DNA from: an uncultured bacterium
GTDB taxonomy: Bacteria; Babelota; Babeliae; Babelales; Babelaceae
Reading direction: 5' to 3'
Length of the DNA: 64,000 nucleotides
NCBI GenBank assembly: GCA_963819815.1
Contig: CAWFXL010000001.1
Location: 320,001-384,000, forward strand
This document shows, piece after piece, positions 9,740 through 20,300 of this stretch; the stretch's first letter is position 1, and each line of letters begins with the position of its first letter. The position numbers and the translations under genes are program-made. The notes under the pieces are model-generated. The model was not told the origin of the DNA. It ran no database searches and saw nothing but the letters and a program-made list of their open reading frames with translations.

Positions 9740-11137
9740 ATGAAAAAGCTTTGCATACTTCTTTTTCTTTGTGCACCCATGCTTACGGTTAAAGGGTATC
9801 ACCTTACACGAATTAACCTGAGTTCTCCTGTGATAAGAGAAATTATGACGATTGTTAACAATCTTGTTGCATTGCAGGAACATATTAATCGGGGGATCGA
9901 TGTAAATGCCTCTATTAATGAACAAGGTGTTACGCTTCTTCACGTTTTCTGCCTATCTAATGGAGATAGAAGACCATTTGTGCGACTGCTTCTTGAAAAT
10001 CGAGCTGATAGTAATGTTCGAGATACAAGTGGATGTACGCCTATGCATTATGCCAGTCAAGCCGGCAATATAGGTTGCATGCAAGAACTCTTGGCGGCGG
10101 GAGCACGGTATAATGAACCGGATGATAAGCGTCACAATCCCTTACATATAGCATGTCACAATAATCAAGCTTCAATTGTAGCATTACTATTAGATCAACC
10201 GAATATTGAGGTTGACCCAATTGATCAGGATAATGCCACGCCTCTTCATGTAGCATCTTCTAATGGGCATCTTGAGATAGTGAAGCTTCTTGTCGAAAAA
10301 AATGCTCAGGTAAACGCGCGTACCAAGAATCAATCAACTCCATTCTATTTAGCATGCCAAGAAGGTCATGTCGATGTAGCGCGATACCTTTTTGAAAAGG
10401 GTGCTCTTTTAGAGGCTCTCTATAATGATGGCAGCACAGCGCTTTATATCGCTGCTAACGAAGGGCATCAAGATGTGGTTAGTTTTCTGCTAGAGAACAA
10501 TGCACAGGTGATGGCCCGGGCTTCTAACGGCATGACTCCACTTCATGTAGCTGCTTACATCGGGAATTTAGGAGTCGTCAAGCTTCTGGTAGACAAGAAA
10601 GCAGATGTTAATGCTCAAGATAACAATCAATGTACTCCATTCTATTTAGCATGCCAGGAGGGACGTGAAGAAGTAGCTCGGTACCTTTTTGAAAAGGGTG
10701 CACTCTTAAAAACTCCGGGTGAGACAATTGCCAGACCTCACCTACACTTTGCAGCTATTAAAAATCATGCTGGGGTTGTTCAATTCTTATGCGAGAAAGG
10801 TGTTCCCGTCAATGGTATTATGGGAGATAGCGGTGCAACCGCACTTCATATGGCTGTTACACAAGGTCACGAAAAAGTTGTAAAAGTGCTGCTTGCCCAG
10901 GGAGCCAACCTAACAAAAAAAACAGTTAGTGGTGAGACAGCTCTAATGCTTGCTCAAGAATATGGGCATCAGCATCTTGTAAAAGTCCTTGAGGAGGCAC
11001 ACTATAGATGTGCTTTCTGTTATAAGATGCATAAAACTTTTCGTTGTGGGCGCTGTAAAGCAGTATATTACTGTGATGGAGAATGCCAAAGAAACCATTG
11101 GTCCACACACAAGCTTAGGTGCAAAGCAACAATCTAA
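9740..11137 (+). CDS. Ankyrin-repeat protein with C-terminal MYND zinc finger
   Basis: About 10 TPLH-type ankyrin repeats. C-terminus CAFC..CGRCKAVYYCDGECQRNHWSTHKLRC. Signal-like MKKL start with AGGA RBS. Confidence 0.92.
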   Translation: MKKLCILLFLCAPMLTVKGYHLTRINLSSPVIREIMTIVNNLVALQEHINRGIDVNASINEQGVTLLHVFCLSNGDRRPFVRLLLENRADSNVRDTSGCTPMHYASQAGNIGCMQELLAAGARYNEPDDKRHNPLHIACHNNQASIVALLLDQPNIEVDPIDQDNATPLHVASSNGHLEIVKLLVEKNAQVNARTKNQSTPFYLACQEGHVDVARYLFEKGALLEALYNDGSTALYIAANEGHQDVVSFLLENNAQVMARASNGMTPLHVAAYIGNLGVVKLLVDKKADVNAQDNNQCTPFYLACQEGREEVARYLFEKGALLKTPGETIARPHLHFAAIKNHAGVVQFLCEKGVPVNGIMGDSGATALHMAVTQGHEKVVKVLLAQGANLTKKTVSGETALMLAQEYGHQHLVKVLEEAHYRCAFCYKMHKTFRCGRCKAVYYCDGECQRNHWSTHKLRCKATI

Positions 11138-11408
11138 GTTTTATAAGCAGAAACAGCGGGCAACTAACTTGTACTAGCATGAGCATTTCGAAGCAGCTCA
11201 TATCCTTTTGTAAATCGTTCTCATTTCCAGTGCACCGCTACAATTGATCTTAGATAAAGATCTATTTTGCCTGTGATTACTCTATACAGTGTCACTGATA
11301 TCTCCGTGCTGGAGGTCTCGAGAAGCGCTCTCAACATTGACGAACTCGGAGCTTTGCCGTATATTCTTTTTCATGAGAAGGAATACAAAATAATGCAAAG
11401 GAAGTCTC

Positions 11409-12014
11409 ATGTTACACAAAATTCTCGCACTAGTTCTTGCGTGCTCTCTATCATCTATCAAAGCCCACGAAGTATTCTTTGCTCCCTATGAAGGTCCTTT
11501 CCCCGTTTCTATTGAATCACGATTTGATGGTTATGTATGGCATGATTTTGATTCTAGGCCAACTCATTTAGCTCACACCTCATTTGCTTTCAATGGCTAT
11601 GTACGTTACCCCGATACAAACTATCTGTTTAAATTCGGAACATTTATTGAAGGCTGGTCGCGCTCTGTTAGACGAGTAGGTATAGATCTTCAGTTTGGAA
11701 AGTATTGGGAAGATACAGGAGCACTTAGGATTGGATTGATGTATGATGGGATAGGAATTGGTGGGGACTATTGGCTCGTGTATAAAGATCGCTTTAAGTT
11801 GCTTACAACCCTTGAAGGAGGCACTCTTCTTCCTAATGATTGCGATTACTACTTTTACGGTCACCGTTTCAAGCCTTTTATTCGATGGTCGAATCGACTG
11901 TTTGTCTTTAGTACGCTTTATTTGTCGTTTGGCATTGATCACATTCATTGCTCAAGTGAGCATTCACCATTTTCATTTACCCAAGGGTTTATTGGGTTTG
12001 GAAGTACTATATAA
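11409..12014 (+). CDS. Hypothetical exported protein, aromatic/glycine-rich, possibly beta-barrel
   Basis: Signal peptide, AGGA RBS, alternating hydrophobic strands (GIDLQFGKYW, LRIGLMYDGIGIGGDYW). Confidence 0.6.
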   Translation: MLHKILALVLACSLSSIKAHEVFFAPYEGPFPVSIESRFDGYVWHDFDSRPTHLAHTSFAFNGYVRYPDTNYLFKFGTFIEGWSRSVRRVGIDLQFGKYWEDTGALRIGLMYDGIGIGGDYWLVYKDRFKLLTTLEGGTLLPNDCDYYFYGHRFKPFIRWSNRLFVFSTLYLSFGIDHIHCSSEHSPFSFTQGFIGFGSTI

Positions 12015-12447
12015 TATCAGTGCCGCAAAGTCTTTTGATTACTCCTATGATAGTGAGGATGGCTTCATTCTGAAGTGTTCGTTGCTTAACATGGCTGAGC
12101 AAGCTTCTGATACGTAATGCTTCTTCTTTGTAAGTGGCGCAGAAACTATCAGTGTCAGACGGTCGTTGCGAAGCTGCTTACTCAATGCCAAGAATGCCAC
12201 GGCTATTAAGCCGTTTGGATGAATTGAAATCAATTGAGTGAGCGGAGCTTTTTTTAATAGCGAAGCAAGACTTATGTTCAATAAACATTATATGCAAGCC
12301 GTTATATACCTCTTGGGAAGTTTTTCTTTGCATCATAGTATCTATATAAAGCAGCGAAATCTATAAGGCCAGAATCTTGCAGCTCTGTTGCCCATTTTGA
12401 TAGCCTACATGAGATGCCTTGCACTTAGGTAAGAGAAAGATACACCA

Positions 12448-13482
12448 ATGCCTAGAAAAAATGTCTTTGCAGATTGTTCGTCCCAAGAGCTACAAAAACG
12501 AAGAAAGCTGGCGGAGCCCTCTTTTGTTGATCCTATGCTCGCTACCCTAACGGATAAATATTTTTCAAGCGATGACTGGATATTTGAGCATAAGTTCGAT
12601 GGAGAAAGGTGCCTCGTATTTAAAAAAAATGGCAAAGTTACCCTCAAATCACGTAATAACAAAATTAAAAATATTGCATATCCTGAACTCGTGAAGGCTT
12701 TTGAAGAACAGGAATCTGATAATTTTATTATAGATGGCGAGATCATCTCAAAGAAGGCTGGTCTCTCAGATTTCCAGCTCCTACAGAAGCGCATTAATCT
12801 TACTAATGAGTCACAAATCAAAACGCTCGAGAAAACGATAAAAATCAGCTTCTGCATTTTTGATGTGATGTATGCTGAGGGCTATGATGTGCGCACTTTG
12901 CCCCTCCTTGCTCGCAAAAAAATACTCAAGCGACTTTTAGCTTTTAATACTATGCTTGTCTACACGGAGCATAAAACCGGTGATGGGCTATCTTTTTTTA
13001 AAGAAGCATGCAAAAAGGGGTGGGAGGGTCTCATCGCTAAAAAAAGCTCGAGCATCTATGTTGGGGTACGATCTCCCAATTGGCTCAAATTTAAGTGCAT
13101 TATGAAGCAAGAGCTCGTTATTGCAGGCTATACCGATCCTAAGGGCACAAGACAGGGCTTTGGTGCGCTCTTAGTTGGCTATTATAACGGCAATAAACTT
13201 ATGTTCGCAGGTAAAGTAGGTACCGGCTATACAGAAGACGTCCTCGCACTGCTCAGCAAAAAATTGTACCCTCTTGAAATCAAGAAGTGTCCATTTGCTG
13301 ATTATGATGATGCAACTCAAGGTATCCACTGGGTAAAGCCGCAACTTGTTGCTGAATTCCGTTTTGCTAACTGGACAAAAGCTGGTAGGCTGCGGGTAGG
13401 CCGCTATAAGGGATTACGCGATGACAAAGCTGCAAAAGATGTGGTCAGAGAAGTTCCCAAAGCGATCAGCGATAAAGACTAA
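12448..13482 (+). CDS. ATP-dependent DNA ligase, LigD ligase-domain type (stand-alone)
   Basis: Motif I EHKFDGER, IIDGEI, IFDVM, EGLIAK, WLKFK, and OB-fold GKVGTG..WVKPQLVAE..GLRDDK. Confidence 0.92.
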   Translation: MPRKNVFADCSSQELQKRRKLAEPSFVDPMLATLTDKYFSSDDWIFEHKFDGERCLVFKKNGKVTLKSRNNKIKNIAYPELVKAFEEQESDNFIIDGEIISKKAGLSDFQLLQKRINLTNESQIKTLEKTIKISFCIFDVMYAEGYDVRTLPLLARKKILKRLLAFNTMLVYTEHKTGDGLSFFKEACKKGWEGLIAKKSSSIYVGVRSPNWLKFKCIMKQELVIAGYTDPKGTRQGFGALLVGYYNGNKLMFAGKVGTGYTEDVLALLSKKLYPLEIKKCPFADYDDATQGIHWVKPQLVAEFRFANWTKAGRLRVGRYKGLRDDKAAKDVVREVPKAISDKD

Positions 13483-13530
13483 ACCACTTCGGCACTTCCA
13501 TGACGAGAGTCTATTTCTCTGCAGTTGTTA

Positions 13531-14577
13531 TTATTGTGCAAAATGAACTTTGCGCTCTCTTGCAGCTGCCAATTTTCCAGATCTTTCTATGAGACCTTCT
13601 CTCACGAGCTTTTCAAGCTTATGTGCGTCCTTAAGCAGTTCCTCACATGGTGCACAATAACTTAGATTGGCGATAATCTGCTTAAGCTTTGTTAGAAAAT
13701 AACGAACAGCGGCATCTTGTGCTCCTTTTAGTGCAATAGAAGCAGACTTTTTTCTTTCTTCAATCTGATCAAGAGAAAAAATTATCAGATCATCTTGAGT
13801 TTCTTCGTACCAGTTTAAATTTTCAAAATCTAAGGTTGCAGATACCAGGTCGGCAAGCAGCTGTTTATTGATTTCATCAGTAGGGACCAGCAAGTAGCTG
13901 TATTTTATAAGTACTTTTATGCAATCAATATGACCGCGTTGAAAGGCTTCGCCGAGAACATGAGGGGGAATAGGTGCCTTAACGCGTAGTACTACTTCAT
14001 CAACAATAGTCTGTAAGCAATCACTTTTGCCGTCTCTAGCGGCTATGTAAAGCAATGGCGTTAAGTCGTTAAAAACATTCTGCCCATTATTATAATCTTT
14101 TGCGGCAAGAAAAATCTTGACGCACTCATTGTGTCCCCTTGCAATGGCAAGTTGGAGAGGTACTTCGAGGTTAAAAGACATTGGTCTACCATTCTTACCA
14201 TTGTCAAGGCAAGCTTTTAAAAGCACCCTTACGCAATCACTATGACCATTTGCTGCAGCTTCATGGAGAGCACTGAGACCGGTTGCCGGACTTCCTGGAT
14301 TTATGTCAGCCTTCATATCAACAAGAGCCTGAACTGTACCGCTATGGCCATCACCAACTGCTAAATGAAGAGCTGTATAACCCTTATCATTGCGAGCGTT
14401 CATATCGGCACCTTCTTTGAGAAGATGGATCATTGCATTAGTTAAGCCTGCTTTTGCAGCATCAAGAAATCTTGCATTTAATGCAACTGTCTCATGTTGA
14501 TACTTTGCTTGAGGTCCTGCGGCAAAGCTACTTGAAAATGCCAGCGGTACGAGAATATAGGCGAATTTAGCGTTCAT
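13531..14577 (-). CDS. Ankyrin-repeat protein with signal peptide
   Basis: GYTALHLAV, GLSALHEAA and TPLLYIAA repeats. Confidence 0.85.
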   Translation of the reverse strand: MNAKFAYILVPLAFSSSFAAGPQAKYQHETVALNARFLDAAKAGLTNAMIHLLKEGADMNARNDKGYTALHLAVGDGHSGTVQALVDMKADINPGSPATGLSALHEAAANGHSDCVRVLLKACLDNGKNGRPMSFNLEVPLQLAIARGHNECVKIFLAAKDYNNGQNVFNDLTPLLYIAARDGKSDCLQTIVDEVVLRVKAPIPPHVLGEAFQRGHIDCIKVLIKYSYLLVPTDEINKQLLADLVSATLDFENLNWYEETQDDLIIFSLDQIEERKKSASIALKGAQDAAVRYFLTKLKQIIANLSYCAPCEELLKDAHKLEKLVREGLIERSGKLAAARERKVHFAQ

Positions 14578-15025
14578 GAGTCTTCCTTGTTGTATTTATT
14601 TGATGTCCAAATAACGATATTTATTTCTTAATTGTAACAAATTTCATAGATTTGTCAATTTTTGAGGACCTGCAACTAGGAAATCTCATTATGAGGGAGT
14701 ATAGGGAGAAAATGGTGATATTGGTATACTATTTTGACCTGAAGATAAGATGCATGAGGAGCTTCGCAATAACATCTGCCACAAATACCTTTGAGTGAAA
14801 AAATGGCTTTGCTCTAAAAACAGGTGATTTCGACTGTTTCTAGAATATCTCGTTCAGGGATAGTCGCTAGGTTAATGTAAAGACAACGCCAGGAGAAAAC
14901 TCAGGTAAATCGCTATGGAAGTAAGGAACTGAAAAGGGGGGCTAAGAGATCCCACAATGGTTGTGATTGCTACGCCCGTCCCATCAGCACTTCTTGATCT
15001 ACCAGTACTTAACAGAAGTAAGTAC

Positions 15026-15649
15026 TTACGCTAACTCATCTTCTGTCTGTCCAGCACTGAGAAGCTTTTCAAAGAGGACATAATCTTTTTGATCCAAGAG
15101 GACGAAACGAATCTCCGTTAGACTGGTCTCATTTTGGGCGACAAAATTGCGGGCTGCTGTAACTGCTGCCTCGGCTGCAAGCTGATGGTCAACATGGTAG
15201 ATACCGCTACTAATAAAAGGAAATGCTATAGTTTTAAAGGTACCATCGCTTGCTAATTTTAAACTGTTTGTATAGGCCGATTCAAGAAGAATGCGCTGTT
15301 GTGTGGGGTCTTTGATGACACGCGCATCTGGTCCTACCGCATGAACTATTTTTATGATACCTATTTTCGTTAGCTTAAAACTATCGGTAATGCGAGCGTC
15401 ACCCACAGGACAGCGGATCCCTTTTTTAAGAGGATATTGATTACATGCCTTTTGGAGCTGGGCTGCACCCGCGGCCCTGTAAATAGCACCACAGACACCA
15501 CCACCCATAACGAGCTGTGGATTTGCTGCATTTACGATAACATCAACCTTCTGGTCAGTAATACTCCCAAGCACTGCATCAATAGTGGTTACTGCATGCA
15601 TCTGATAGACTGAGAGAGTAAGCATAAGTATTAGCGTATTTTTCATCAT
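15026..15649 (-). CDS. Macrodomain (MacroD-type ADP-ribose binding/hydrolase) protein with signal peptide
   Basis: GSIT..VDVIVNAAN..GGGVCGAIYRAAG, IVHAVGP and IAFPFISSGIY motifs. N-terminus MMKNTLILMLTLSVYQMHA. Confidence 0.92.
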   Translation of the reverse strand: MMKNTLILMLTLSVYQMHAVTTIDAVLGSITDQKVDVIVNAANPQLVMGGGVCGAIYRAAGAAQLQKACNQYPLKKGIRCPVGDARITDSFKLTKIGIIKIVHAVGPDARVIKDPTQQRILLESAYTNSLKLASDGTFKTIAFPFISSGIYHVDHQLAAEAAVTAARNFVAQNETSLTEIRFVLLDQKDYVLFEKLLSAGQTEDELA

Positions 15650-15919
15650 AAGGTTCCTCTAAAATAGGTTGTTCAAATTTCTTACCTCAAACTACTTAAA
15701 TTTGGCATCATAAATCAAGGGTTTGGCGCTACTCATTGCCTAGGATCTTTGTTGTTGCATCTATGTGATTGATGTGGATGGTTTCTCAAGTTAGAAATCG
15801 ATGGCTACTGCTAATATGATGTACCGAATACAACTTTGCAAACAAGCTTAAAAGCTTGAAAAAGATCACATTTTTCACTGGTTGTTCCTGAGTTGCTAAC
15901 AACTTTTTTCCCTGCTAAG

Positions 15920-17303
15920 TTGACATACTCGCCCATACATTCCGGGGATTCTGGGATCAAACAGCGATAGCCAACAAAGTTGGGCTTACATCACCTACCC
16001 CAAGAGTTGATGCCCCAACTCTTTCGATATTTTTTGCAGCATTATAGTCTCTATCATGAGTGGTTCTACACAGAGCACAGGTCCATATTCGATCTTGTAA
16101 ACCAAGATCCTCATGAAGTTCAAAGCACCTATGACATTGTTTTGAACTTGGATAGAATCGGTCTATCATGATAAGCTTTGTTCCTGATTTTTCACAATGG
16201 TGCTTTACTATGCTTACAAACTTTGTGAAAGCAAGATCGGAGACCTTTCTCCCCCAAAGCCTTTTCATTCCTGCTATATTAAAGTCTTCAATACAGATTA
16301 CATCGTACTTTTCTGTAAGCTCTTTGGCTAACTTATGAAAGAAATCATGTCGCTGGTTGCTTACTTTCTTATACCTGCGACAAAGCGTGTAATAGGCCTT
16401 TTCTTTGTTATGAGAGCCCTTTTGCTTGGTCGAGAATTCCTTCCCAGCCTTTCTGAACTCCTGTAAGCCCTGTGTATAGTATAATGGTGCGGTATAGACT
16501 GTTCCATCACTCAGTGTTAAAAACGTTTTCAAGCCAAAATCAATGCCCACAATGTTACCTGATGTGACCGATTTTTTAGCAGGAGCGTCTTCCACTGTGC
16601 AGGTGATGAACAGATAAATATCACCAAGTTTATCACGCTTTATGGTTACTGTATTAATGTCTCCTTTTATTTCCCGAGATTTATGATACTGATATACTTT
16701 ATTACCGATCCGAATTTTATTACCCTCTAGAAGTTTATAACCAGCTTGCTTAAGAGTTAGTGACTTATATTTTTTAATCTTTTTAAAAGATGGGGGGGAG
16801 GCTTTCATTCCCTTTTTGCGTTTCAGAAAGAATTGACTATATGATAGGTATATCCTATCAGTTATATTCTGGATGGCTTGAGATCCAACCTGAGCCCAAT
16901 GCACGTAAGGTTCTTGTTTTTTTATCAGAGTGAGATGTCTTTGTAGATCATATTTAGAAATGAGCTTGTTGTGTTGCTCATAGTAATGATTAATATAGCC
17001 TATACAATAGTTCCATATCTCACCACACGTATCAACAGCGCGATGAAGAGTTTTATTTCTCGAAGCATTGTAGAGTTTAAAAACGTATGTTATTCTCATT
17101 GGGCTTTTAAATCACTTAGTACAAAGGAGAGACTCCTCTGACACTATTTTGATCATTAAAAACCACTACAATTCACATGTGATATTATCAGCAAATGAGA
17201 TACATGCAAGAGTTGTTAGAAGATAGTACCTAGATGAAATCAAGATAATATCTTGTGCTTCTCATCCCAATGAATAAATTTAGGGGCCTTCTCAGCGCAG
17301 AAG
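15920..17303 (-). mobile_element. IS200/IS605-family element carrying tnpB only (IS1341-like)
   Basis: On the minus strand TTAC (17304-17307) precedes the left end. Right end reads GAAT-ccccggaatgtat-gggcgagtatg-TCAA (ends 15920). Boundaries are supported by homology to the 45215-45569 copy. No tnpA. Confidence 0.88.
15957..17099 (-). CDS. tnpB: RNA-guided endonuclease TnpB
   Basis: RuvC-I GIDFG, RuvC-II IED, zinc finger CHRC..CALC, RuvC-III DRDYNAAKNI. D/E/D triad is intact. Confidence 0.95.
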   Translation of the reverse strand: MRITYVFKLYNASRNKTLHRAVDTCGEIWNYCIGYINHYYEQHNKLISKYDLQRHLTLIKKQEPYVHWAQVGSQAIQNITDRIYLSYSQFFLKRKKGMKASPPSFKKIKKYKSLTLKQAGYKLLEGNKIRIGNKVYQYHKSREIKGDINTVTIKRDKLGDIYLFITCTVEDAPAKKSVTSGNIVGIDFGLKTFLTLSDGTVYTAPLYYTQGLQEFRKAGKEFSTKQKGSHNKEKAYYTLCRRYKKVSNQRHDFFHKLAKELTEKYDVICIEDFNIAGMKRLWGRKVSDLAFTKFVSIVKHHCEKSGTKLIMIDRFYPSSKQCHRCFELHEDLGLQDRIWTCALCRTTHDRDYNAAKNIERVGASTLGVGDVSPTLLAIAV

Positions 17304-17349
17304 GTAAATTCCTGGCTAGAAGCGATACATATAAACAATGGAGCAAGCG

Positions 17350-20300
17350 ATGAGTTTTAAGTACTATCTTACCTTTTGTCTTATTTTTCAAATGCCTATT
17401 TTTGCAGCCTCAGTTTCGGTTAAATCAGCACCACTAGAAGCTGTTGGGATCATTCACTGTTTAAGCTCAGATTCTAAAAAGCAAAGGCTCGAGCTAGATG
17501 CGACGTGGCTGCAAGAATCGGGATTTATTCAAAGAGCATACTCTGAGAACAATGGTGGCAGGACGAAAGAAGCGGCAATTCAACTGCCACTGAAATTTCA
17601 AGAGATGGAGAAAATCATCAGACTATGTATGAGGAGTCAGGGTGGTGCCCAAGTCAAAATTGAGATGATGGATCTTGCAGGTAGCAATAACGATGCAGAG
17701 GATGATCTCGTAGAACTGGTAAAAACTATCGAAAAACTATTGAAATTCTGGAAAAGCGTTAAAGCAATGGAGATGCGAAAACTGGAACCTATTTTAAGGG
17801 ATAGCATTTTTGATCTCTTAAAGAGAGATCTCATTCTGACATCTTTCTTACAAGATCCACGATTTCTTGAAGCCCTACCCAAGGGTATTAAAGAATTATC
17901 ATTCCAGCTATCAAAGGAAGACCAACAGTTTCTTCGTACTCAGCTCCGAATGGTTATAAAAAGTAAGAAAACTCCCCAGTGTATAGATGTAAGTGGTAAT
18001 TATGCCGTAACCTGTGGTACCCAGAAAAACAGAGCTACCTTTGTGGTCTGGGATATCAAAAAATGTATAGAGGAACGTCGGGTTGAGACTCAGTATCCTG
18101 TTCATACAGTACAGTTTTATAATGGCAATAAAATCATCGCCTGGAGTGAAAAGACCATTGAGCTCTATGATTTATTAGGGAGTACAAATTGTACTCCTCT
18201 TCCCCTGCAAAACCTTCTTGAGGGTATTAATAAGGTCACATCAGTTGCGTATGGAGCTAAGCAAAATAAGCTCGCGATTGCAGCTGATGAAAAAATATTT
18301 ATGGTTGACTTGACTGCCCCTTATCACTATAAGACGCTTAAGGCTCCAACTTCTGAGAAAACGGATAAGAAAGAGAAGTCAAAAAAAAGGGCCGACTCAG
18401 TTGTTCTTTTTGCTGATGAGGATAGGAGTGTCGTTGAAGTGCGACTTAGTGGAGAACTCACGTTTTATCGTCTTGATTCAGATACTGCTATCGAAAAGAA
18501 CTTAGAGGACGTGATAAGCTATTTTTATGTAAATGGTTCAAATCTCGTTACCATTGTATCTAAAAGCAAAGCATGTAACTGGGATTGTCGCGATGGGAGT
18601 CCTTTGGGAGAAGGAAGGGAAGACCAGGTTTTTGTTCCACGCGGACAGCTTGTGGAAGTAACCAAAGATAAAACAATGATTTTTTGTGATATATCGGGTA
18701 AGGAGTTTATGAAAACCTATGAATTTTTAACAGGTAATCGCATGAAAAATGCGATTCAGGTTAAAAATGGTCTTTCTACGGTGATTCCGGATAGCTCCTT
18801 AGGCGAGGTAACTTCTTTCTACATGAGTCCCGATGGAGCATTCTTTATAGGCATAAGCAAGAAGGGATTTCATATTTGGCCCTATAATAGTGAATCGATC
18901 ATGGAGTTTCTTTCGTCTGAAATGTCTCTTGATGTGTGGCTCTGTATGCAACTTTTAATTAATCAGCTACGATCCGGCAAAATGAGCCTTAAGGATACTG
19001 CTTTTTTACAGCAGCCTCATATAGTAGATATTATCAAGGACCTTAGTTTGGATTTGCTTACTCCCTTATTAAACCTATTTCCCGGTTTTCGCAAGGCCGT
19101 TGGTAGTGAATACAACTCTTTTGTCGATGAGGTTTCCTATGAAGCTTCGGAAGACGTTGATTACATCCCGGCAGCAGCTTCAGCTAATCGTGTGCAGGCA
19201 ACATCCGCAGACAGCCCTTTGGGTCAACCAAGGAGTTTTGATCGCCGAAATTCTCTCAAGCGGACAGCGCTATCTGGTGAAGAAGCCAGCAGTAGAGTGG
19301 GAGCCACATCTTCGGGCAGTCCTCAGACTCAACCACGCAAAAGCTCTCTCAGGCAGGCAGCTCATGTGGGCGAAGGACTGTCTTCCCAGAATGGTAAAGC
19401 TGCAGTAACATCTTCAGATAGCCCAGCAACGCAATCCAGAGGCCTTAGTCGCCCAAGCTCTCTCAAACAAATTAATCAAGCAGGCCAAAAAACGGCTACT
19501 TCGGACGGTGATGATCCTCTGGTTTCTCATGATGCCAGCGCAAAAACGGATAAGGGGGTAGAGGTTACTTCAAAAGATAACTCTTTTGATAAGCCGAAGA
19601 GATACTCTTCCCAGCAAAGCTCCCCAAGACCTTTATCTGATAGTAATGGCGGAAGCTCTGCTGTTAGCACTAGTAAGGGTTCTCTGGCAACAAGTTCTTC
19701 TACAGAAAGTCGTCTGCGAAATTCTCCGGTGGTTGCGGCTAGACTTCATGCCGTGCAGGTGGCTGCTGTTAAGGCGGGTTGGAAAGGATCCTCCTCAAGC
19801 ACCAATGTGGGCGCAACTAGCAGTACTATTCAGACAACTTCCTTGAGCACGGAGATTGCGAGTACCTCCAAAGAACCTATAGTTAAGAACGATGTTCCAA
19901 AGAGAACTGCGAGCACTCCGCCCATATCCACAAATGTGTTGACTGCATCAAGTAGTTTAGCAGTGCCGGCTACAGAAAAAACACCAAAAGATCCTTCGGT
20001 TCCCAGCATGTTTGGCACACTCAGTAAAAGCACCTCTGCACTGCAAAGAAGCAGTTCTTCAATAAGTCCTCAAGATACCTCAGAACTGTTTCAAGCTATT
20101 GAATCTGGACTTGCATTGCATAGAGAACGAAATGATCAAGATGCTGAAGAAAGCCTCTTGACCAAAGCAAGTAAAGTTCAAAATGCATTATCAGCATACC
20201 TTCTTGGAGAACTATGCGTGCGAGGATATTGCGGTATTTTTGATCCAGCGGCAGCTGTTAAGCATTTTGAGAGAGCTATGCAGTCCAATATCAATCCAAA

